DNA of 64,000 nucleotides from Octopus sinensis (Eukaryota): positions 1 through 64,000 of the forward strand of contig NW_021834251.1 in NCBI RefSeq assembly GCF_006345805.1, read 5' to 3'. The notes beneath the pieces were generated by a model. The model did no database searches. It saw nothing but the letters and a program-made list of their open reading frames with translations, and was not told where the DNA came from. Positions 26,898 to 39,228 of this stretch are shown piece by piece. The translations under genes and the position numbers were made by a program. Position 1 is the stretch's first letter. Every line of letters begins with the position of its first letter.

Positions 26898-27344
26898 AAG
26901 TAAATCGCAAAACTAAAGGTTGAAGGGGAGAAAAAATTTAATTGCAGAAAAGGAGAAAGACAGAAAGAAAGAAATAAAGAAAAAAAGAGAGAAAGAGTGA
27001 AAGAAAGAAAGAAAGAAAGAAAGAAAGAAGGAAGGAAGGAAAGAAAGCAGATAACAGGAGCAAAATTTAAACTTTAAAAAAGATAATGACAGTAAAGCAA
27101 AATGAAGAAAATAAAGAAGAAAGGGAGAGTCAACAATAAAACTAAAAGCATAATGAAAATGAAATATATGAAAATTATCCCTGGCTCGCACGTTAGGCCA
27201 TTAATCTTCTATTGTCACACGTCACGTGATAAGCTCAAGTTCACTCAGTAAATAACTTAAAAATTATCGTTACATTTTTTGCCGTCCCTATTGTCTATTT
27301 GTCGTATTAACTGTCCTTAAAGCATAACTGATTCTGTATATGTA

Positions 27345-27667
<323 letters not shown>

Positions 27668-27668
27668 A

Positions 27669-27870
27669 ACGGTAAGCTTTATGAAAATAGACGAAGGCAG
27701 GTGGAATACAAACAAACAATTGTATTAGTATGGCGCTCAGGAAATATAAATGAAACAAGTCTTTAACGTTTCGAGCCTACGCTCTTCAACAGAAAGATAC
27801 ACAGAGAAAAAAAACACAGAAAGAAGGAGAGAAAAAAAGATGCGTGCAAAAGCTAGCGAATCAACATGGC
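27669..27870 (-). mobile_element. Short element family P1, copy 2
   Basis: Homologous to 11437-11619 and 63809-64000; abuts (TA)n. Confidence 0.8.
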
Positions 27871-28374
27871 GATCTGATTTCGGCCAGAAGTCAAAGATCA
27901 AACATGAGACGCAAGAGCGAAATTAGGGGAGATAATAGGGTTGAATGACCCCCGCTCAAACATAAGAGTGTGTGTGTGTGTGTGGTGTATGAGAGAGTAT
28001 TAGTGCGTATGAGAGGTCTAGACGTGTGTATGTATATATGATGTGATGTGTAAAGTCGTATGGTGTAGTGTAGAGAGAGGAGAAGAGGGGGGAGAGGAGG
28101 TAAGGGGGAGGGGAGAAAGAAAGGGGAGAAGAGGGGAGAAGGAAAGGGGATATATATATATATATATATTACTTAAACCTTCCTTGAATGGGGCTTTTAC
28201 ATGCCGAACTCTACTTGGTGAAATTAATGATTATTTCTAAATTAATTAACTTCACCCTTTATTATTGATAATATATATATATATATATATATATATACAC
28301 GACTGTATATATACGAGAGAAAGAGAGACAGACAGATAGACAGATAGACAGACAGACAGACAGACAGATAGATT

Positions 28375-28424
<50 letters not shown>

Positions 28425-29041
28425 GAGAGACAGATAGATAAGGAGAGAGAGAGAGAGAGAGGGGGGGAGGGAGAGAGATGGAAGAATGAATTTTACAGAC
28501 TTTTATCAGTTTCCATCTACCAAATGCAAACAGAATGACTTGGCCATCTCTGGGGGCATAGAAGAGACTTACTAAATTTGCGACATTGTGGACCAAACCC
28601 GATTGCATATTACACGCTGTGTGTGATTGTGTGTCTGTTAGAGAACTTTAGAGGTCATATTTCAGTAAATATTTAATAGAGCGCCAATCATGCTTCAAAT
28701 TCCGGATGTAAAAATGCAGAAAATTTGCAACTAACCAATGGTACCGGGAAAAGAATTGTTACTATTCGTTAGACGTTCGGTATTGTGCACCAACATTTTT
28801 AGTACGTTAGGAAGATGTGTGTATTTGTGAGTGCGCGCGTGCGTCTGAGTACGTGTGTGTATATATTTACACATGTGCATATGTATGCATAAACACACAC
28901 ACACATATATATATGCATATATATATGCCAATGTATATATGTATTTACGCATATATCAACATGTACACGTGTATACACACGCACACACATTCATATATAA
29001 GAAAAATATTATGTCCGAATATATATATATATATTATATAT

Positions 29042-29073
<32 letters not shown>

Positions 29074-29103
29074 ATACTATATATATATATCTTCTTTTTC
29101 TTT

Positions 29104-29238
29104 TTCTTTCTCGTTTTATATAATCACCCCAACATTACTGTATGGATAACACCATATAGTTTTTTTCTGGTGCATCTAAGTAAGTACCACATTCAAGTAA
29201 ATTCATTGGAATTTACTTGAATCTTAATTGCTTTGATT
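29104..29238 (+). mobile_element. P2 tail-only copy
   Basis: Close match to 3961-4089; (TA)-rich flanks. Confidence 0.85.
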
Positions 29239-29243
29239 ATATA

Positions 29244-29295
<52 letters not shown>

Positions 29296-30196
29296 CATAA
29301 TACATGTATATATATATGTGTATATATATATATGTATATACACCCATATTCATATACATACATATATATATACACATATATATGCACACTCACCACAAAT
29401 ATTTATTTATTTATTATAGACGCATATATAACAGGTTTTTCAATTTCCCCTGTCATGTATATAATTAAGTAGTAAGGATGTGCAGAGCTAACTTGATAAT
29501 GTACTGAATGTCACCCGAAAGCTCGCTGGTTCGTGTCCGGTTCTCGACTTTGAATTAATTTTCTAGTCAAGTGATTTTCAATAGGTCCCGTCTGCATGCC
29601 ACTTAACTGGCACTTTGGCAGTAACGACTAGTTACCTTCACGAACGATTTAAGCGTGAAACTTTGGTTCATTAGCTTTCATTTAATTCCTGCGTTCAGTT
29701 CCTGTTGCGTTTTTCCGGAAGATATCCTAGGTTTCCGTCTTGCTTTAATATCACTTAATCAGGTATTTTTATAGTTTTGTTTTTTTTTTAAATTCATAGT
29801 CAAGAAAAAAATATATAAATATATGTCGCGTCTTTTGAGTTTGTAGGTGAGGTTCCGTGAGAAAAATGATGAAATTTGAGAGTTGACAAACACAATCTGT
29901 CTGATCGGTTCCTTATGTATTGCCATCTACCTAATTTCACATATAAGCACAAATTGTGCTTTAAAACATTACCTGTGTTTACTGTGCTGCCGAATGCATG
30001 ACAACGAGATTATGACGCGAAATCAATAAACGTATCGTCATTCCTAGGCCCATGAGGCTTTTCTCTGCTATTCGTCTCTTGTTTACACCAGAGCCGCCAA
30101 CTGATGGTTTGCAGTCCCAAAAATTTAATAGTTTTGAGTTATCTCAAAGAAATATTTATTAGTAGCAAGTGGAAGCTTGCAAGGATTTGGAAATAT

Positions 30197-30409
30197 TGGT
30201 TTCAAATTTCGGAACAAGGCTAGCAATCTTCGGGGAGCAGATTAATTCGATTACAACGACCCCGGTGCTCAACTAGTTCTTATTTTGTAGGCTCTGAATG
30301 GATGAAAGGCAAAGTCGACCTCGGTGGAAATAGAACTTAGACCATGAAGAAAGATGAAATGCCGCTACGCATTTCGTCCGGCATGCTAACGATTCTGCCA
30401 GCTCGCCAC

Positions 30410-30466
<57 letters not shown>

Positions 30467-30920
30467 CACTTTCTACTATAGGGACAAGATCGGAAATTTG
30501 GGGGGAGGGGTTAAGTCGATTAGATCGACCCCAGTACACAACTGGTACTTAATTTATCGACTCCGAAGGGATGAAAGATAAAGTGGACCTCCGCAGAATT
30601 TGAACTCAGAACGTAGCGACGAGCGAAATGCCACTAACCATTTCGTCCGGTGCCCTAACGATTTTACCTGCTCACCCACTTTAATAAGAATAATAATTAT
30701 TATTATCATTTCTACTCTGAGCACTAGGACTTGAAAATTTGGTGGGAAGGGGGCTAGCCGTTTACATTGACCCCCCCAGACTTAACTGATACTTATTTCA
30801 CCGACCGCGAGAGGATGAAAGGCAAAGTCGACCTCGACGGAATTTGAACTCAGAGGGGGTGGGGCAGACGAAATACAGCTAAGCATTTCACCCGGCGTGC
30901 TAACGATTCAACCAGCTCGC
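30197..30920 (-). mobile_element. Three head-to-tail SINE family B copies (30197-30409, 30469-30679, 30709-30920)
   Basis: Each has the tRNA-like head and body; separated by (TAA)n or AT-rich spacers; tails are type 2, 1 and 1. Confidence 0.85.
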
Positions 30921-31031
30921 TGACTAAGTAGATTTTGAAACATTCAGCACCCATATAAATTTTCGTTGTTTAGGCAGAGATCAAATCGAGCTAATCTATG
31001 GCCAAAAAAATCTTCCTCGTGATTATACTCA

Positions 31032-31438
31032 TTTACTCTTTTACTTGTTTCAGTCATTTGACTGCGGCCATGCTGGAGCACCGCCTTTATTCGAGCAACT
31101 CGAAGCTGGGACTTATACTTTTGTAAGCCCAGTACTTATTCTATCGGTCTCTTTTGCCGAACCGCTAAGTAACGGGGACATAAACACACCAGCATCGGTT
31201 GTCAAGCAATGCTAGGGGGACAAACACAGACACACAAACACACACGCATACATATATATATATATACATATATACGACGGGCTTCTTTCAGTTTCCGTCT
31301 ACCAAATCCACTCACAAGGCTTTGGTTGGCCCGAGGCTATAGTAGAAAACACTTGCCCAAGGTGCCACGCAGTGGGACTGAACCCGGAACCATGTGGTTG
31401 GTAAACAAGTTACTTACCACACCGCTACTCCCGCGCCT
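31032..31438 (-). mobile_element. SINE family A, full length
   Basis: tRNA-like head (B-box-like ggttcagtccc), ccttgggcaagtgt body, internal (TA/CA)n, tail gtaaaagagtaaa. Confidence 0.9.
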
Positions 31439-31747
31439 ATTATCTTGTTAATTTATATATAACATATCTAATTTTCCATTTTCAAACGACTCTTCTCATA
31501 GTAGAGTACAATTTAAAACATTTCACTGCGATATGTAGTAAAATTACCTGGCTATAATCGCTTGCAAGTGCTGGCTAAGATATTCTCACCTAAAAACTCG
31601 AGCACTCCAACGCGGACGCACATGCAAAAACTCACACATACATAACAACACATAGACAAACGTACACATTAACACATATATTTATGTAGGTAAACCTATG
31701 TATGCACATGTGTGCGTGCGTGTCTCTGGTATATACGTGTTTTATAA

Positions 31748-31978
31748 GGCGGCGAGCTGGCAGAAACGTTAGCACGCCGGGCGAAATGCGTAGCAGTATT
31801 TCGTCTGCCGTTACGTTCTGGGTTCAAATTCCGCCGAGGTCGACTTTGCCTTTCATCCTTTCGGGGTCGATAAATTAAGTACCAGTTAGTAACTGGGGTC
31901 GATATAATCGACTTAATCTGTTTGTGTGTCCTTGTTTGTCCTCTCTGTGTTTAGCCCCTTGTGGGTAGTAAAGAAATA
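31748..31978 (+). mobile_element. SINE family B, full length, tail type 3, with 18-bp TSD
   Basis: TSD ggtatata(c/a)gtgttttat at 31728-31745 and 31979-31996; B box ggttcaaattcc. Confidence 0.92.
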
Positions 31979-32164
31979 GGTATATAAGTGTTTTATTTTG
32001 TTTTTGTTTTTTGTTAAATGTCTCTGTATGTATACGTATGATCGCTTATATTTATATACGTAGTATAGTTTGTGTTTGAAGCACTTGTGGCGGAAACGCA
32101 GTGCTGAGAGGTGTCTGTATAATTACAGCAACATGTCAGGTGGATCGGTTCGAGAAGATGCAAA

Positions 32165-32166
32165 TG

Positions 32167-32247
<81 letters not shown>

Positions 32248-32298
32248 TAATAACAATAATAATGATGAATAATAATAATAATAATAATGATGATGATA

Positions 32299-32330
<32 letters not shown>

Positions 32331-32430
32331 TAATAATAATAATAATAATGATAATAATAATAATAATAATGATAATAACAATGATAATAATAATAATAAT
32401 AATATAATAATAATAATGATGATGATGATG

Positions 32431-32467
<37 letters not shown>

Positions 32468-32505
32468 TAATAACAATGATAATAATAATAATAATAATGA
32501 TGATG

Positions 32506-32550
<45 letters not shown>

Positions 32551-32590
32551 TATAATAATAATAACAATAATAATAATAATAATAAAAACA
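32165..32590. repeat. (AAT)n tract
   Basis: Directly visible. Confidence 0.95.
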
Positions 32591-33197
32591 AATAAATAAA
32601 TAAACTAAAAAGGAAGTAAAGATCAGAAAAAAAAAACAATAGTAAAACTAAAACCCTACGACATAAAACAAAAGAAAAGAAAAGAAAAAAAATGCTGATA
32701 GGGTGCATAGGACATCTGCGGGGACGTGAAGGTTATTGGGGGTAGATGGCAAGTGACATACAAGGTACGGTAGAAACTAGATCCATACAAGTTAGAAGGG
32801 TGACACGGCGTACAAACTAAGACACACGGGGAATAACTAATGACAGGGGTCAGTGAAGTTGAGACATCTGCTTCTTTCTTTTCGTCTTTTTTTTCCCCCT
32901 AAGTGAAGAATATTTTTTTATTACTTTTATTATTTGCTTGTTTTCGTTACCATTATCGGTATTTTATTTGTATCAGTCAATAAAATGTGGCCATGCTGGG
33001 GTGTCATATTCGAGATTGCTTTCTCTTGTCTCCTTATTGATTTGTTTTGTCTGCCAATTAAAACATCAATATCTATCTAATCGATTTTTATTTGTTGACC
33101 CTCCATATAAATCAGTAGAATGGTTGGGATGTAGAATGTGAAATAATTTTGTCTAGCCTCTGTATATAGCAGTAGAATGGTTGGTTGTGGAACGTGA

Positions 33198-33540
33198 TAT
33201 GAGGTTTAGCACAAACATGGGAAAAAGCATATATATACCGATTCACTGAGTATTAGAGTACGGACCATATTCTGCAATAGCTTGGGATTCAAGGGCCCAC
33301 TGTTACCTAAAACTGTACCAAATATCTGAGGAATTTTCATTGCGTATTGGTAGATATTTTCATGAAACAACAAAACTTCCTGCTGTTGAACAACCCAGAC
33401 GAACCTTCTTCACCAAAAGGTAATCACATAATATCGGCCATTGAAATTCGAGATTTTCCCTGGTGATTACATTGGTGGTAAAACACATACACAGATATAT
33501 ATGAACATATATACATACATACATGCATATTATATATATA

Positions 33541-33581
<41 letters not shown>

Positions 33582-33653
33582 GCATGTATGTATGTATATA
33601 TATATATATATATACATATATATATACATATATATATATATACATATATATAT

Positions 33654-33697
<44 letters not shown>

Positions 33698-33717
33698 GTA
33701 TATATATACACATATAA

Positions 33718-33770
<53 letters not shown>

Positions 33771-34241
33771 AATATTAGGGAATAAATCCAAATTTACAGG
33801 GAAAAAATCAGATTTAGGATTAAATCGATTTTATAGTAAAATATTATAAAATATTATTAGAGACAAAACCACTATTTTGCAAAACACAAGGAAAGACTTA
33901 ATCAATACATAAAATTTTAATAAATAGTCAAAAAAAACCGCCACTACAATCGTTTCTTGTCTTGATCGACAATCTTCAGGTGGACTTCCAATCTAAAAAA
34001 TCAATATTTTAAAATATAAAAATAATAATTTTAAAATAATTAAAGTATGAATGAAAAAATATAAGTATATAATCCATATATAACCTATCTATAATCCATA
34101 TATAATCAATATATAAACAATATATAAACTATATAACAGTGGGCCCTTGAATCCCAAGCTATTGCAGAATATGGTCCGTACTCTAATACTCAGTGAATCG
34201 GTATATATATGCTTTTTCCCATGTTTGTGCTAAACCTCATA
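33198..34241. mobile_element. Element bounded by a perfect 108-bp inverted repeat, with central (TA)n and an internal hammerhead
   Basis: 33198-33305 is the exact reverse complement of 34134-34241. Confidence 0.8.
33941..33983 (-). ncRNA. Minimal type I hammerhead ribozyme
   Basis: rc = CCAC CTGAAGA TTGTC gatcaa GACAA GAAAC gatt GTA GTGG: stem I 4 bp, full core, stem II 5 bp, short stem III, GUA site. Confidence 0.78.
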
Positions 34242-35264
34242 CATATATATACACATACACATATATATATATATATACACATTCATACATGGATATATAG
34301 GTGTGTGAATATTTGTATGTATATATGTATTTATGTCTGCATGTATGCATGTCTAGATGTATGTATGTGTATATGTATAACATAAATGTGTTGCAATGTG
34401 CTGGATACACATGTCAATGCACAGAAATGTTTCTGAAAGTGATTTTTATTCGCAATGTCTTATCTCTTGAGCTGAATAACACGATCATTTCCACTACTAA
34501 CATGCCAAATCTTATTGCTGCATTTATCTTCCACCACATTGGCAAGCATGTGGGGATTAATATATACACATAAGGACTGGATACAAGAGCCACAAGGTGA
34601 AGTGCTCTAAGTTTTCCTTTGGTTGTGCCACAAACGCAGCAGGAAGTACCAATACGATTTTGTTTTAGTACCTACACTACTCTGAGATAAATAAATAACA
34701 AAACTCCATATGATATACGTTGTCATTTAAAAATTATTTCCATACATTGTATTTTTGCATTCGATGTAGCTAACGCACATACATAGGCAGCAAGACAGAA
34801 CACCGCAACAGCAATGAAGGAAAAAAATCCACGCAGAAAGATATACACACGAAGAAAGATAAGTGGTAGAGAATAAAAATTTGGTGGAAAATTGATAACA
34901 AAAACAAAAAAATCTCACACAGGTACTTTCAAAGATACTGGAAATGCTAGCGACTTGTACACGGACACAAACACCATAATCCGTTGACAGTAGATGGTTA
35001 AAGTAGATCTACGTAATGCGACATGTGATGACCGGGCATCGAAATTGATAGATAGAATTCCTTGTGATACAGGATAAACGTGTAGTAGTACCAGGAAGAA
35101 GCCAGTTGAGGGTTCTATTCACGTCTCTTCCCCTAACAGTGTTTAACTATAATACAACACTTTAATCTTGCATTATATACGTGACTATAAATGAAGGGAG
35201 CTAGAGATTTCACGTTGTAACAGAAATATGTAGTAAACAAACTTGCATGCAACCAACGATCTAT

Positions 35265-35279
35265 CAATCATTCTATTTG

Positions 35280-35362
<83 letters not shown>

Positions 35363-35375
35363 GTCTATCTATCTG

Positions 35376-35438
<63 letters not shown>

Positions 35439-35460
35439 GTGTGTCTGTCTATCTATCTCT
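35265..35460. repeat. (CTAT)n microsatellite
   Basis: Directly visible. Confidence 0.95.
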
Positions 35461-35500
35461 ATCTTTCTGTCTCTCTCTCTCTCGCTCTCGATATATATAA

Positions 35501-35540
<40 letters not shown>

Positions 35541-36120
35541 ATATATATATGTATCTTCAAAAAGTTCGAGAGTAAGAAAATAGTATGAATTACCTTCCAA
35601 AAATTCAACTTACTTCTTGACGAGGCAGCAAATATGTATATATAGACAACAAGAAATATGAATATATAGACAATATGTGTAGAAATATAGAAATATGTAT
35701 ATATATATAGACAACGAGAAAGAGGAAGACGTTATTGGACGTTGAAGATAGATGTTCCAAAAAATATCTCCGATTTGCCATCATAGGAAATAGCTGTAAA
35801 AAGCGGACAAGATGCATTAACATTTATTTCAAAATTACAGTGGTTTAATAGTGCACCATAGTTTCAATTTTAACGTTCAAATTAGATAAATTAATTTTAA
35901 ATGAATTTAATTAAAATTTGGCAAGAAACTCTAGTACACTATTAAACCACTGTACTTTTGATATTACCATTCATTCACCTTGCCCGCTTTTTACAGCTAT
36001 TTCGTATCAAGTCAAAACGTGAATGATTATTTGAACATCTATAGTTTTCACTGTCTTCCTCTTCCACTCTCTCTCTCTGTCTCTCTCTCTCTCTCTCTCT
36101 CCCTATATATATATATATAT

Positions 36121-36497
36121 AGGTACAGGCGTGGCTGTGTGGTAAGAAGATTGCTTCCCAACCCCATGGCTCCCGTTTCAGTCTCACGGCGCGCAATTTG
36201 GACAAGTGTCTACTACTATAGATTCGGGCCGACCAAAGCCTTGTGAGTGGATTTGATAGATGGAAACTGAAAGAAACCCAACGTAGATATATATGTATAT
36301 ATTTACGTGTGGGTGTATTTGTGTCTTCGTTTGCGCTCGTACCCATAACTTAGCGGTTCAGGCAAAAAGAGCCGATAAAATGAGTAATCGGCTCGCAATA
36401 AATAAGTCCTGGTGTTGATATCTCTAACTAGAAAACCCTTAAAGGCCGTGCTCCAGCGTAACCACAGTCAGATGACTGAACCAAATAACAGATAAAA
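36121..36497 (+). mobile_element. SINE family A, full length, diverged
   Basis: Head aggtacaggcgtggctgtgtggtaag… through tail gactgaacca…. Confidence 0.85.
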
Positions 36498-36560
36498 GCA
36501 TAAATAGGATATATATATATAAATGTATGTATATATATATGTTTGCCTATCTATCTACCA

Positions 36561-36836
36561 TATGGGAAACTACCACCTGTGTCATCTCTTGTGAAAGGTA
36601 AGAGAGTCCAGTTTGCTGGACATAGTTGTAGAGCTGAAAAAGAGGTAATTTCTACTCTTCTCTTCTGGAAACCATCTACTCGCAATACCAGAGGGCGCAC
36701 ACTCTCCTACCCTGATGTAATCTCCAGGGATACAGGCATCCAGCAACAGGACCTCCGTAATGCCATGATGGACCGTGAAGTCTGGCGTAGCTTCGTAAAT
36801 TCCATTGTCTCGATCACGGTCGAACAATGATGATGA
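36561..36836 (+). mobile_element. 5'-truncated RTE-clade LINE 3' end
   Basis: Encodes …RVQFAGHSCR…LLFWKP…RGRTLSYPDVISRDTG…AMMDREVWRSFV, the RTE C-terminal pattern; (TGA)n tail; TSD atctatctac at 36549-36558 and 36836-36845. Confidence 0.85.
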
Positions 36837-36853
36837 TCTATCTACATATCATT

Positions 36854-36906
<53 letters not shown>

Positions 36907-37625
36907 CCATGTATATCAATGTATATATATATCAATCTGTCCATGTGCGTAGTCTGTCTATCCATCTCTCTATTTACCTACAAATTTAGTTATCTGATTA
37001 CACACACAAATAAACACACACCCACACGCATAAATATGTTTATATGCGTATATATTTATATACATAAGAGGGTCTATGCACATTTATTTATTGTATATAT
37101 TAACGTGTTCATATAGCATATTTATATATACGGGAAGGAAAGACTGGAAAGAGTGGAAGTGGAGAATATTTTCTCATCTGATATTTAGATAGTAAGTCTT
37201 GAAGCATTATTAAAGTTCTTTCATAACTGTCAGCAAATCAAATTTAAATTTGAATCAATGTGCCGTTATCACTAAATTTATAATAGCAAGAAAATAAGAT
37301 TGTTAGCAAACACAGAAATCAACTAGCAAATTTATTATGAAGCAAATGTAGTAAAATTAAAAATAAAAATAAAAATATCTACATTAATATTACTGCAATT
37401 AATCAATAATGACAAAATTCAACGTGCGAATATATACAGACAGAAAATTGAAGTGAAATATAAAATAAACAACATGGCGGCCTAGAAAGGCGTTATATAA
37501 TAAAATGAAACCGCTCCGTCTCCCTCTCTATCTCTCTCTCTCAGTTATTCCAATCTGTATATATATATATATATATATATAAATATTTATACGTCTACAT
37601 GCATACCTACATATAGACAAATATG

Positions 37626-37686
<61 letters not shown>

Positions 37687-37710
37687 TATATATATATGTA
37701 TGTATATATG

Positions 37711-37744
<34 letters not shown>

Positions 37745-37985
37745 TATATATATATGTATATGTAAACATATATATATATAATATATATAATATATCATAT
37801 ATTATATATATTCATTTATTAAATATAAACAGGTAATTACATTTTTATTTTATATATGCAAGTAATAAGTATATATATATTTATAGATAAATATATATAT
37901 ATCTGAACATATATATATATATATATATACACGCATGTATGTATATGTTCTATTATATTTTATGTATATATAATATATACTTATA

Positions 37986-38017
<32 letters not shown>

Positions 38018-38372
38018 GTACGCATGTATGTATGTGTTTATTATATTTTATGTATATATATATATATATATATACTCGTACATACAGACGGACAATTATC
38101 CACAAGCAGATGTACATATACATTTGGACGTAGTTATGATGTATTTACGTGTAGAAATTATAATGTATTATTAGATTTTGGATGACTATATATATTTCAG
38201 AAATATATTGGAAAATTAGGCAAAAGAAGCAGAAAAAATACATATCAACTATATATCACAAATGGGAAATTTGAAATGGAAGCAGTAATTCATTATAGGA
38301 TTTGCAGTTGTCTTTTAAAGTTGTGTGCGTATATACATATATATATATATTTTTATGTATGTATATATCTAT

Positions 38373-38427
<55 letters not shown>

Positions 38428-38513
38428 TATAGTTATACATATGTATGTATTTACGTATGGTGTATAATTTTAGGACTTTAGAAACAGACTCAGACACATT
38501 GCTCCACCCGTAT

Positions 38514-38556
<43 letters not shown>

Positions 38557-39020
38557 AATGCATACATGTATACATGCACATACTTACATATATGCACACA
38601 CAAATATGTATGTGTATATATATATATGTATGTATTTATGTGTGTATGTATGCATTTATTTATACGTATTTAATACGTATACATTAATATAAACATGCAC
38701 ACTCCGAATCAGGAATGGCAGACATCAACGAACAATCAGGTGTACAAAATTACAAATGACTTTCTATGTTTGATCGTATAACTGTATACGTATATGAATG
38801 TATGTACAGAAGTACTTCTATTCTGTTATACTTAGAGGCATTCTCCCCAATATACTTCTATATATGCAATGATGTTATCTTTCTTATGGTCCCAGATTAC
38901 ACATGTTTGTATACAAATAAAATGGTGTATGCAATTGTCCATGTCTACCACTCCAACTTCCATCCCTCTCACTCCTTCTCTGCCTGTGAATTCATGCTAG
39001 CATGTATTCATGCACATATG

Positions 39021-39058
<38 letters not shown>

Positions 39059-39169
39059 ATCTATCTATCTATCTATCTATCTATCTATATATCAATCTAT
39101 CTATCATCTATCTATCTATCTATCTATCTATATATATATATATATATCTGTCTATCTATCTATTATCTA

Positions 39170-39222
<53 letters not shown>

Positions 39223-39228
39223 ATCTAT
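39021..39228. repeat. (CTAT)n, left flank of Tx1 copy 1
   Basis: Directly visible; joins LINE coding sequence at 39229. Confidence 0.95.

Noticed and set aside
29636-29670. TTCACGA ACG…CGT GAAAC hammerhead-like string
   Set aside because: The core has two mismatches and no stem I can be formed.
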